Shown here: piece by piece, positions 8,345 through 16,439 of the stretch
Layout of the letters: every line of letters starts with the position of its first letter
How positions within the stretch are numbered: position 1 is the first letter of the stretch
Source of the DNA: Solirubrobacterales bacterium
GTDB taxonomy: Bacteria > Actinomycetota > Thermoleophilia > Solirubrobacterales > 70-9
DNA length: 32,809 nucleotides
Reading direction: 5' to 3'
Assembly: GCA_035712865.1 (NCBI GenBank)
Contig: DASTAI010000046.1
Coordinates: forward strand, 1-32,809
Notes under the pieces: generated by a model
Database searches by the model: none
What the model saw: only the letters and a program-made list of their open reading frames with translations
What the model was told of the DNA's origin: nothing
Position numbers and translations under genes: made by a program

Positions 8345-9670
8345 TCATGGCGGGCACACCGTCCCGACGAGTTGTCCGAAGCCCGTGAGTGCGGGGGCCA
8401 GCGGGCTGGTGGCGAGGATCGACTTCACCGTGTTGCAGGTGGCCACCACGTAGACGTGCCGGTAGACCCCGTGGGCGTCCTGCGAGGCGAAGGTGCTGTT
8501 GCCGACGTGGCCCAGCCAACCGAGCCAGTACAGGTAACCCTCGTCGCGGCCCGTCGTCCCGGCGTCCTCGGCCCCCTTCGGGTTGTAGGCCGCCATGTTG
8601 AAGAGCTTGTTGAGCTTCTCGCCGACGGTGGTCAGGCGGGGCGTCGCCGCCACGAGGTTCTTGGCCGCCGGCCGCAGGTTGCGCACCGGCTGCCGGGCGC
8701 TCCGGACGAAGGGCCGGATGTCGTTCTTCACCGGCTCGTAGGTCGCCTGGGCGAGACTCGCGAGTGAGTCGTTGACCGGCTTGAGCTTGCGCGCGAATGG
8801 CCGCAGGCTGTTGATCGTCGGCCCGAGCACGGTGGCGAGCTGGTCCGTCTTGGTGAGCGCGACGCGGGTCGTCCGCAGCGTCGGCCCGAGCAGGGAGACC
8901 GTCCGCTCCACGTCGGGCGTCTGGCTGGCGATCGCGCCGAGTGCATGGTTGGAGGCTGAGACGAGCTGCTCGATCCCCTGACCGTCCTGCCCGACGGTGC
9001 CGAAGAGAAGGTTCATGTTGTGAATCAGGCGGGCGAGGTTCTCCTTGCGCGTAGCCACCTGGGTGTTGAGCCGCGCCAGGCCCCTGTTGATCGGCCCGAG
9101 GCTGCCGAGCAGCTTGCCGAGGTCCTTGCCCCGGCCGTTCAGGCCCTGGCCCCCGCCGACCAGCAGCAGCCGCAGATACGCCCGGGTGTCGCCGTCCAGC
9201 GCAGCCAGGATCTGGTCGACGTTCGTATCGGGCGCGGTGTTGGCGACCGGGATCGTGCCGCCGTTCTGGAACTCGTCGTCATTGGAGTTCGGGTTGTAGT
9301 TGGTCCCCGGATCGAGCTCGAGGAACATGTCCTTGAGGCCCGTCTTGGGGCGCAGCAGAATCGTGGCGTTCTTGTAGACGGGCAGGAACTTGCGGTCGAT
9401 TGCCATCGTCACGACGGCGTGCCCGTCCTCGTAGTCGACGGAGGAGATGTCCCCGACCCGGACGCCGGCCACCCGGACGGTCTGGCCCTGACCGGGAGTG
9501 ACCGCCTGGGCGGTGGTCATCTCCGCCTTGAGCTCGAACGGCTTCGCCTCCAGCAGCGGTATCCGCAGGCGCTGGTTCTGCACGATGATGTAGGTCGCGA
9601 ACAGCGCCACGACCAGCAGGCCGAGGATGGCGATGAAGTCGCGGAGATGGTCGCGGATCGCCTTGCGCAT
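8345..9670 (-). CDS. MCE-family protein, position 5 of 6 (MceE-like, no lipobox)
   Basis: I chose ATG 9670 (MRKAIRDHLRDFIAILGLLVVALFATYIIV...), which shares one nt with the upstream stop (TGATG). The track's extra 25 codons overlap the previous gene. MlaD-like segment: FELKAEMTTAQAVTPGQGQTVRVAGVRVGDISSVDY. Confidence 0.9.
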   Translation of the reverse strand: MRKAIRDHLRDFIAILGLLVVALFATYIIVQNQRLRIPLLEAKPFELKAEMTTAQAVTPGQGQTVRVAGVRVGDISSVDYEDGHAVVTMAIDRKFLPVYKNATILLRPKTGLKDMFLELDPGTNYNPNSNDDEFQNGGTIPVANTAPDTNVDQILAALDGDTRAYLRLLLVGGGQGLNGRGKDLGKLLGSLGPINRGLARLNTQVATRKENLARLIHNMNLLFGTVGQDGQGIEQLVSASNHALGAIASQTPDVERTVSLLGPTLRTTRVALTKTDQLATVLGPTINSLRPFARKLKPVNDSLASLAQATYEPVKNDIRPFVRSARQPVRNLRPAAKNLVAATPRLTTVGEKLNKLFNMAAYNPKGAEDAGTTGRDEGYLYWLGWLGHVGNSTFASQDAHGVYRHVYVVATCNTVKSILATSPLAPALTGFGQLVGTVCPP

Positions 9671-11346
9671 CAGCGACCGCCCTTCGTGGCGGGCGCGGCC
9701 GGGGCGCTCGTCCGCACCCCGTTCGCGCTCTGGAACGCGGCCCAATCCTTGCTCCAGGCCGCGTACTGCGGCAGCACCGTCGAGAGCAGCTGCTTCGCCT
9801 CCGGCAGAGAGCCGTCGGCGCGCAGCTTCTTCGCCTTGTCGAACTGGGTGAGCAGCGCCGTGTAGCGGTCGATCAGCGCCTGCTCACCGGGTGGCGCCAC
9901 CGTGGCGCTCTTCCCGCTCTCGTTGGTGGCGGGAGCCGGGCCGATCTCGCTGTTCAGGTTCGGCGGATCCTGCGTCTCGCAGGGGACGTCGGGACGGAAC
10001 GGAGTCTTCAGCGAGGACTGCTTGGCCGGCTCGGAGCCGAGGAAGCTGAACGGGGAGACGCCGGTCAGCTGGCTCGGTAGGTCGGGAGTCGAGAACGGGG
10101 CGATCGTGTTTGTCCCGCCGCCGCCGAGGACGCGGAACTCCTGGCCATTGGCGTCACCCGAGCGGCTCTCGCCCGCCACGCCGCTGAAGCCGTAGGCGGT
10201 CTCCTGGTAGACCTTGCCGGCGGGCGGGTCGCTGTCGTTGTTCGGGATCGGCGTGTTGCTCCACGGGATGACGACGTCGTTGAAGCAGGACGACAGCGCC
10301 CTGACCTGCTCCAGGAAGGGCAGCGAGGCCCTGCTCAGGGAGGCGAGATCGGGAATCGTCGGCCGCAGGTCGTTGACGAGGCCGCGAAGCTCGGGCTTGG
10401 AGACGAGCTGGCGGAGCTGCCCGATCCACGGGTTCGCGTAATCGAGGGCCTTGTTCGCCGACTTGACGCCCGGCAGGGCCTCGCGTGCGAACGCGCGCAG
10501 CGGCGGGAAGTCGCGGTTGAGCTTGAACAGGGCGGGGCGACCCACCGCGAGCGTCTGCGGGAGCTCGATGATCGCCTCGCGCAGCGACGCCTGGTTGGCC
10601 GCGAAAGCACCGCTGACCGAGTTCAGGTTCCCGATCAGTCCCTGGAGATCGCTGCTGTTCGCGTTGAGTTCGCGGGCGACGACGTCGAGGTTCGAGACGA
10701 AGCCGGCGAGGTCACCCGGCTGGGTGCCGAGCAGCGCCTGGTTGACCTGCGACGTGTACTCGAAGGCCGCCGGAGAGGTCCTGAATGACTCCTGGAAGCC
10801 CTGCGCTCCGCCGTACTTGTCGAGGGCGCCGCCGAACTCCTTCAGGAAGATCTGGAGGTCCTGACGCACGGGGGCGTCAAGCGAGCTGAGCACCTGGTCG
10901 AACTGGACGGACTGCGACGTCTGGTTCTCCGGGACCACAGAGCCGCTATCCAGCTCCGGCGCGCCCGGACTGCCCGGATGCAGGTCGACGAAGAGGTTGC
11001 CCTCGAGGAACAGCCGCGGCCGCAGCTGCAGGGTGGCGTCCTGGCGAATCGGCAGGGCGCTGTCCTTGACGTCCATGGTGACCACCGCGGCGTTCTGGCC
11101 CTGACCGTTCGAATCGACGACGTGCTGGACGTCGGTGACCTCGCCGACGTTCACACCCGAGATCCGCACCGGGCTCTTCGCGCGGATGTTCTGCGCGTTG
11201 GCGAAGACGGCCTTGAGCTCGTACCCGCCGCCGCCGATGAACGGGATCGACTTCGTGAAGGCGAGGTAGAAGGCGAAGATCGTGAGCACGATCGCGATCA
11301 GGCCGATCTGGACGTTGGAGATCCGGCGGCTGTGGTTCGGGTTCAT
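9670..11346 (-). CDS. MCE-family protein, position 4 of 6 (MceD-like)
   Basis: 558 aa. TM segment IGLIAIVLTIFAFYLAF, then YELKAVFANAQNIRAKSPVRISGVNVGEVTDVQHV. TGATG overlap with the upstream gene at 11346. Confidence 0.9.
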   Translation of the reverse strand: MNPNHSRRISNVQIGLIAIVLTIFAFYLAFTKSIPFIGGGGYELKAVFANAQNIRAKSPVRISGVNVGEVTDVQHVVDSNGQGQNAAVVTMDVKDSALPIRQDATLQLRPRLFLEGNLFVDLHPGSPGAPELDSGSVVPENQTSQSVQFDQVLSSLDAPVRQDLQIFLKEFGGALDKYGGAQGFQESFRTSPAAFEYTSQVNQALLGTQPGDLAGFVSNLDVVARELNANSSDLQGLIGNLNSVSGAFAANQASLREAIIELPQTLAVGRPALFKLNRDFPPLRAFAREALPGVKSANKALDYANPWIGQLRQLVSKPELRGLVNDLRPTIPDLASLSRASLPFLEQVRALSSCFNDVVIPWSNTPIPNNDSDPPAGKVYQETAYGFSGVAGESRSGDANGQEFRVLGGGGTNTIAPFSTPDLPSQLTGVSPFSFLGSEPAKQSSLKTPFRPDVPCETQDPPNLNSEIGPAPATNESGKSATVAPPGEQALIDRYTALLTQFDKAKKLRADGSLPEAKQLLSTVLPQYAAWSKDWAAFQSANGVRTSAPAAPATKGGR

Positions 11347-12980
11347 CAGCCGGCCCCCGGTCCGAAGATTCGAGCCCCGTCTTGCTCGAGGAAGAGATCG
11401 GTCTTGCCCAGCGGCGGCATGCCCGCGGACTTGGCCACGTTCTGAACGCCGAAGGTGGGGTTGTCCTTCGTCTGCCCGGGGATCAGTGCCTCGCCCAGGA
11501 CGTAACCGGTCTGCCCGGCCTGGCAGTTCGGCTGGCCGTCCGAGACAGCCGGGCCGTAGGGGTTGCCGTGCAGGACCGGAATCCCGTTGTTCTGGTAGCC
11601 GGGGAAGCTGCCGCCGTTCGGCGGCCCGTTGAGCGGCGAGAACTTGCCCTGGTCAGCGGGGGGCACCAGCGGGCTGCTCGCGAAGCGGCCGTCGCCCTGG
11701 CCGCCCGAGTAGTTGTCCATCGGGTTCCGCGGCAGGGCGTTCGGGCTGGTGCTGCCGGCGATCGACGGCGGGATGACGCGCTCAGCGAACCCGAACGGGG
11801 TGGGCAGCTCGAAGTGCGAGGTCAGGTACGTGACCCAGTAGTTCCAGTAGTTGCAGACCTCCTGATACGGGCCGATCTTCGCCCCCGCGTCCTGGGCGAG
11901 GTTGAAGGTGTCTCCGAGCCTGTTCAGGCTGGTCAGCGTCGACGGATCGGCGACCAGGTTGTTGAGCTCCTCCATCACGTCCTGGAGGTCGTGGTTCATC
12001 GGCACCGTCCGCGGCAGCACCTTCTTGCCGAGCGAGACCGCCTGGTTCAGTACCGGGAGCGCCGCGCGCAGGTCACGAACGCCGGGCTGCAGCAGCTTCG
12101 AGAAGTCCGCGAATTCGGCCAGGAACGGCTGCTGCACCGGCAGCGAGCGGAGCCCGGCCTCGAGCGCCGGTGGGCCTCCCGAGATCGTGTCCCGGAGGGC
12201 CTGGGGATCGGAGGAGATCGCGCCGAAAGCGATCGCGCCGTTGGTGAACTGCTCGGCGTTGTCGACGGCGACGGGGGCGACGATCCGAGCCGCATCGGCG
12301 AGCTCGGGGAAGAAGCGCACCAGCTGCGTGGCCGGGTCGGCGAGCGCCTTCGAGACGGGGCGCAGGTTCGCGAACAGCGGGTTGAGGGCGCCGATCGCCT
12401 CGTTCAGCGACGCGCCCCGCGCGGCGAAGGCATCGCCGAACCCCTGCAGGACGCGGCGGCTGTTCTCCCGGGTCGCGGTGTCGAAGGTGTTGTAGACGTC
12501 GTCGAACTCGACCTGCTGCTGCGACTGGGAGATCGGAATCGTGCCCCCCGCCGGGACGCCGGTGGCGCTGGTGCCGCGGGTGATCTCGAGGTACTTGAGC
12601 CCGAACGAGGAGCGGTAGCGGACCCGGACGGTCGAGTCGGCGGGAATCGGGTCGGCGCTCTTGTCGAGCTTCAGGTTGAGCTTGGCGACCGTCGAGGCGC
12701 TCGACCCGTCGGCCGCCACGCAGCCGCTGCTGGGCGGGGCCGGCACCGTGTCGATCGACTCCACGGCGCCGACGCGGTTGCCGCCGATCCTGACCTCGTT
12801 GTTGGGTCCGAGCCGCGCGGCGTCGCAGATCTCCGCCGAGACCTTGTAGATGGGCACGAACGGCAGGCCGTTGTTGGCGTTGTACGCCAGGAAGACGGCG
12901 ACCAGGATGATCAGCGTCGTGATCGCCCCGACCATCGTGGGCGACGCCGCCAGTGAGCCGACTCTTCCGCGTCCGTTCAT
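11346..12980 (-). CDS. MCE-family protein, position 3 of 6 (MceC-like)
   Basis: 544 aa. TM segment MVGAITTLIILVAVFLAY, then YKVSAEICDAARLGPNNEVRIGGNRVGAVESIDTV. ATGA overlap at 12977-12980. Confidence 0.9.
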   Translation of the reverse strand: MNGRGRVGSLAASPTMVGAITTLIILVAVFLAYNANNGLPFVPIYKVSAEICDAARLGPNNEVRIGGNRVGAVESIDTVPAPPSSGCVAADGSSASTVAKLNLKLDKSADPIPADSTVRVRYRSSFGLKYLEITRGTSATGVPAGGTIPISQSQQQVEFDDVYNTFDTATRENSRRVLQGFGDAFAARGASLNEAIGALNPLFANLRPVSKALADPATQLVRFFPELADAARIVAPVAVDNAEQFTNGAIAFGAISSDPQALRDTISGGPPALEAGLRSLPVQQPFLAEFADFSKLLQPGVRDLRAALPVLNQAVSLGKKVLPRTVPMNHDLQDVMEELNNLVADPSTLTSLNRLGDTFNLAQDAGAKIGPYQEVCNYWNYWVTYLTSHFELPTPFGFAERVIPPSIAGSTSPNALPRNPMDNYSGGQGDGRFASSPLVPPADQGKFSPLNGPPNGGSFPGYQNNGIPVLHGNPYGPAVSDGQPNCQAGQTGYVLGEALIPGQTKDNPTFGVQNVAKSAGMPPLGKTDLFLEQDGARIFGPGAG

Positions 12981-14812
12981 TGGCCGAGGAGGAAGTTGAG
13001 GAGGTCGTTGGCCGAGCCGCTTGGCGCCGAGCCGTTCGTGCCCGGGACCTGCGGCAACGGCGGCGCCGAGGGGACCTGCGGCAGTTGCGGCAGCAGGTCC
13101 TTCAACTGCTGCTTCGCCTTGTCCGGGAGCTTGTTCGGGTTGACCCCAGGCGGCAGGATCTTCTCGAGGTCCTTGCTCTGGGGCAGCGCTGGCGTCTGCT
13201 GCTGCGGCTGCACCGGAGCGGGCGCCGTCTGGGCCGCCTTCAGAGAAGCCGAGCTGTGCGGCGCGTCGGCCGGATTGCAGATCGAAGGCGCGTTAGAGCC
13301 CTGGGGGCAGACGCTCGGGTCGTAGCGGCCGAGGTTCCCGAACAGCCCGGAGGAGTTGGTCCCGTAGTTGATCCCGGGCTGGCGATCGCCCAGGATGCCT
13401 GCGCACTCGGCGAAGTTCTTCGGATCGCTGGTGAGGTTGGTGTTGCCGCCGCTGCCCTGCAGGTCCGGCACCTGCGGACCGGTCTGGTAGCCGCATGCGT
13501 TGTTGGCGCCCGGAGCGCTCACCAGCGTGATGCCGAGTGCGTGACCGAGCTCGTCGAAGAGGTTCAGCGAGTTGGTCTGGACGTAGGCGTAGTTGAGGAG
13601 CCCCTCCATCCCTGTGTAGCCGGGGTTGCCGCCGTTGGGGTCGGCGCCCGGCTGCTGCCCGTTGGCCCACTTGCACTGGGCGGTCTGGTCGCCGTGCAGG
13701 GTGACCCCCAGCTTCTGGTCGAGGGCCTGCACCCTCCTGTCGGCCTCGCCAGGCTGCTCGCGGAGGTCGTAGCGCGCGCAGGAGTCCTCCTCGACGGCAT
13801 TGGCCGGGTTGTCGATGCTCTCGAGGAACTTTGCGACTTCGTTGGCTGCGGGGTAGGCCTTGGTGCTGGACTGGTCGAGAGCCGCGATCTCGTCCTGTGA
13901 GTTGGCGAGCGCGACCTTGCCGACCCGGGCCGCTCCGCCGAGCGAGGTGAGGGACTGGCGGGCGCCGTTGTTGAAGGGCGGCAGGTTCTTGGCCAGCTTG
14001 TTGAGGCCCGGCGCGGCCGCGTGCAGATCGGTGAGCAGCGGGGTCTGCGCGTCGGCGAGGCGCCCGAGCTGGAACATCGTCGGCTGTAGCTCGGCCAGGA
14101 AGTTGTCGAGTAGGTCGAAGTTCTGGGCGAGGTCGTTCGACCGCTCGGCGGAGATCGCCGCCGTGCGGCCGGCGTTGTCGATGAAGTGCACGACGTCCTC
14201 GCGCCGGTTCGCCAGCTGGGCGAAGATCGCGTCCGCGTTCGTGTTGAGGTCGGCGATGGTCCGGTTCTGGTTGCCGAGGATGTTGAGCACCTGCTTGAGC
14301 TGCTGGAGAGCGGGCGCACCGGCGCGAATGGCGGCGTTCAGGTTCTCGGCGTTGCTGTCCAGCGCCGTCCCGAACTCGTTGATCAGCAGCTGGAGCCGGT
14401 CGCGGAACGGCTCGCGCAGTGTGTTCTGAGCCAGGTCGGGCTGGACCGTCGTCTTGTTGCGCGCCGCCGGGATCGGCCCCTGGAGTGGCTGCGAGGAGGT
14501 GCCGGGCTGGCAGTCGAGGAAGTACTCGGCGATCAGCGACTGCGGCTCCGACGAGCAGCTCGCGTCGGCCTTGAACTCGGGGAAGCTCGGGTCCTCCTCG
14601 ACCGTGACCAGAGCCGTCTTCTGCGGGGTGATCTCGAGATCCGTGATGCTTCCCGCCTTGGCGCCGGCGACCCGGAGCTCGGAGCCATTGACCAGACCGA
14701 ACGCGTTGAAGAGCTCGACCTCGTAGGTGCGGCTGTCGGACGCGCCAGCGACCGTCACGACACTGATGGCCCCGAGGACGAGAATGCCGAGGATGGCGAG
14801 CAGGCGTCTCAT
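12977..14812 (-). CDS. MCE-family protein, position 2 of 6 (MceB-like), Cys- and Pro/Gln-rich tail
   Basis: 611 aa. Signal/anchor MRRLLAILGILVLGAISVVTVAGA, then YEVELFNAFGLVNGSELRVAGAKAGSITDLEI. ATGA overlap at 14809-14812. Confidence 0.9.
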   Translation of the reverse strand: MRRLLAILGILVLGAISVVTVAGASDSRTYEVELFNAFGLVNGSELRVAGAKAGSITDLEITPQKTALVTVEEDPSFPEFKADASCSSEPQSLIAEYFLDCQPGTSSQPLQGPIPAARNKTTVQPDLAQNTLREPFRDRLQLLINEFGTALDSNAENLNAAIRAGAPALQQLKQVLNILGNQNRTIADLNTNADAIFAQLANRREDVVHFIDNAGRTAAISAERSNDLAQNFDLLDNFLAELQPTMFQLGRLADAQTPLLTDLHAAAPGLNKLAKNLPPFNNGARQSLTSLGGAARVGKVALANSQDEIAALDQSSTKAYPAANEVAKFLESIDNPANAVEEDSCARYDLREQPGEADRRVQALDQKLGVTLHGDQTAQCKWANGQQPGADPNGGNPGYTGMEGLLNYAYVQTNSLNLFDELGHALGITLVSAPGANNACGYQTGPQVPDLQGSGGNTNLTSDPKNFAECAGILGDRQPGINYGTNSSGLFGNLGRYDPSVCPQGSNAPSICNPADAPHSSASLKAAQTAPAPVQPQQQTPALPQSKDLEKILPPGVNPNKLPDKAKQQLKDLLPQLPQVPSAPPLPQVPGTNGSAPSGSANDLLNFLLGQ

Positions 14813-16233
14813 GGGCCCGCCGGAACCTGGTCCGGGTTGCAGTCGACGCTGCCGCCCTGAGTCAGCTGATCCTCGCTGAGGCCGCGCTCGTTCGAGCCGG
14901 GGCAGCGCCGCAGGTACTTGATCCCGGTGCCCGCCAGGGCATCGGCCAGGTCACTGCCGCCGAGCGGCTGACAGGACCCACCGAGGATCCCGAGAACCTG
15001 GTTGCAGGGGATCCCGGAGGAGGGAGGCCCGACGCTGAAGGTGTTGAGGGTGGTCGAGATCCGGCCGATCCCACCGAAGGCATCGGGGAAGCCGGAGTGC
15101 CCGAAGTCGTCGAACCAACCGGTGAGCTCGGGGCCATAGGCGCGCAGGGTCGAGATCTGGTCGAGCGAGTTCGTGAGCGAGTCCGCGGAGGCGGGCAGAG
15201 CTCCGGGTCGCGATGCCCCGTTGCGGTTGACTGGCCCGACGCCGATTTCGGCGAGCGGGTCCTGCAGGCGCGTCAGCTCGATCAGGTCGTTGGCGGCGCC
15301 GGGCGACTTGATGATGCCGCTGAGGCCCTTGACGGTTGGAACGGAGTCACGGGCGAATCCGCGGAGCCGCTTGGCGAAGGGCTGCAGCTTGGGGGCCACC
15401 GGGCGGGTGGCGTTGATCAGCGGCTGCACGTCGTCGAGGGCGGCGCGGAGGTTGACCGCGGTCGTGTTGAACTGACGCATGAAGTCGGGCAGCTGGCCGA
15501 CGGCCGAGGCCAGGGACTGCTGCTGCTCGCCGATCGTCCCCAGCATCCCGTTCAGGTTGTTGACCAGCGACGAGATCTCCGGCGACTTGGCGTCGAGCGT
15601 GGAGGTGAGCCCGGCTGCGTCCACCACCAGGCCCTCCAGGTTGGCCTGATCCGAGTTGAGCTCGCCGAACACCCGACGAGAGGTGGAGAGGAACGGGTTG
15701 AGGTAGTAGAAGCCCCGGTTCGCCTTGGAGCCCACGCCCTGATAGGCGGTCGCGAAGCCGTGGATGACCTGCTTCAGGTGGTCGACCGTGGGCTTGTCCA
15801 GCGTGTTGAAGATCTGATCGAGGTCGACCTCGGAGGTGGTGTCGGCCTGGGTGATCGTGCCGCCCGACGAGATCGTCTTCCCGTCACGCTGGCTGGGCAG
15901 GGTGAGATCGATGTAGCGGTTCGCGATACCCGAGAGCGAGGCCGAGCGGATCGTGGCGTGCGTGCCATCGGGCAGCGGCGTGTAGGCGGAGTCCGAGATC
16001 TCCATCTTGACCAGGGCCTGGCCGTCGTCGGAGAGCGAGATCCCCTTGATGGAGCCGACCGGGACGCCGGCGACGTTCACGTTGTTGCCCGTGACCAGCT
16101 GGGACGCGTTCACGAACTGGGCGGTGACCGTGTAGCCGGAGCCGCCCCCCAGCACGAGCAGCACCACCACGACGGCAGCGATGACGAGCGCGAGCACCGC
16201 CGCGATGCGTCCGACAACGCTTGTCGTAGACAC
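14809..16233 (-). CDS. MCE-family protein, position 1 of 6 (MceA-like)
   Basis: 474 aa. GTG start at 16233 preceded by GAGGAG. TM segment IAAVLALVIAAVVVVLLVL, then YTVTAQFVNASQLVTGNNVNVAGVPVGSIKGISL. Confidence 0.9.
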   Translation of the reverse strand: MSTTSVVGRIAAVLALVIAAVVVVLLVLGGGSGYTVTAQFVNASQLVTGNNVNVAGVPVGSIKGISLSDDGQALVKMEISDSAYTPLPDGTHATIRSASLSGIANRYIDLTLPSQRDGKTISSGGTITQADTTSEVDLDQIFNTLDKPTVDHLKQVIHGFATAYQGVGSKANRGFYYLNPFLSTSRRVFGELNSDQANLEGLVVDAAGLTSTLDAKSPEISSLVNNLNGMLGTIGEQQQSLASAVGQLPDFMRQFNTTAVNLRAALDDVQPLINATRPVAPKLQPFAKRLRGFARDSVPTVKGLSGIIKSPGAANDLIELTRLQDPLAEIGVGPVNRNGASRPGALPASADSLTNSLDQISTLRAYGPELTGWFDDFGHSGFPDAFGGIGRISTTLNTFSVGPPSSGIPCNQVLGILGGSCQPLGGSDLADALAGTGIKYLRRCPGSNERGLSEDQLTQGGSVDCNPDQVPAGP

Positions 16234-16272
16234 TGGCTCCTCTACCTACCCGTAGCCCGTCAATCCCGTTGC

Positions 16273-16301
16273 GCGTGCCGGGGTACCCCGCCCTGGCACG
16301 C
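16273..16301. promoter_or_regulatory. Nested inverted repeat; candidate operator or 5'-leader hairpin of the mce unit
   Basis: The sequence reads GCGTGCC (16273-16279), GGGGTACCCC (16280-16289), GCCCT, GGCACGC (16295-16301). The outer 7-bp arms are exact reverse complements, and the inner 10-mer is itself a perfect palindrome. It lies just downstream of the candidate TSS. Confidence 0.35.
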
Positions 16302-16309
16302 ACTCTTCG

Positions 16310-16339
16310 ATTCTCCCATTCCCACTTTTGAGGTGTCAA
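16310..16339 (-). promoter_or_regulatory. Candidate sigma-70-type promoter for the mce unit
   Basis: On the minus strand: TTGACA (16339-16334), an 18-nt spacer, then GAGAAT (16315-16310). It lies in the most AT-rich patch of the 167-bp gap upstream of the first mce gene. The predicted TSS is near 16303, giving a ~70-nt leader. Confidence 0.35.
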
Positions 16340-16439
16340 AGGGGAACCGTGCGCCTCGAATCCCCATTCCAGAGCGGTTTGAGGCGCCGCCCCCGTTGAG
16401 TTGACGTTAAGCGTGGGCTGGCTGGACTACGCTGCGCGC

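Noticed and set aside
11382-12956. 524-aa + strand ORF, and similar + strand ORFs at 6871-7602, 9020-9865, 12953-13900, 14186-14860 and 15097-16404, across the mce region
   Set aside because: All lie antisense to MCE-family genes that have TM helices, MlaD-like domains and start/stop coupling. Their translations are R/G/D/E/V-rich with no recognisable domains.
16234-16400. KstR/KstR2-type steroid operator in the mce/choD intergenic region
   Set aside because: I found no TnnAACnnGTTnnA-like palindrome by eye. The palindromes present have a different sequence, so no known regulator can be assigned.
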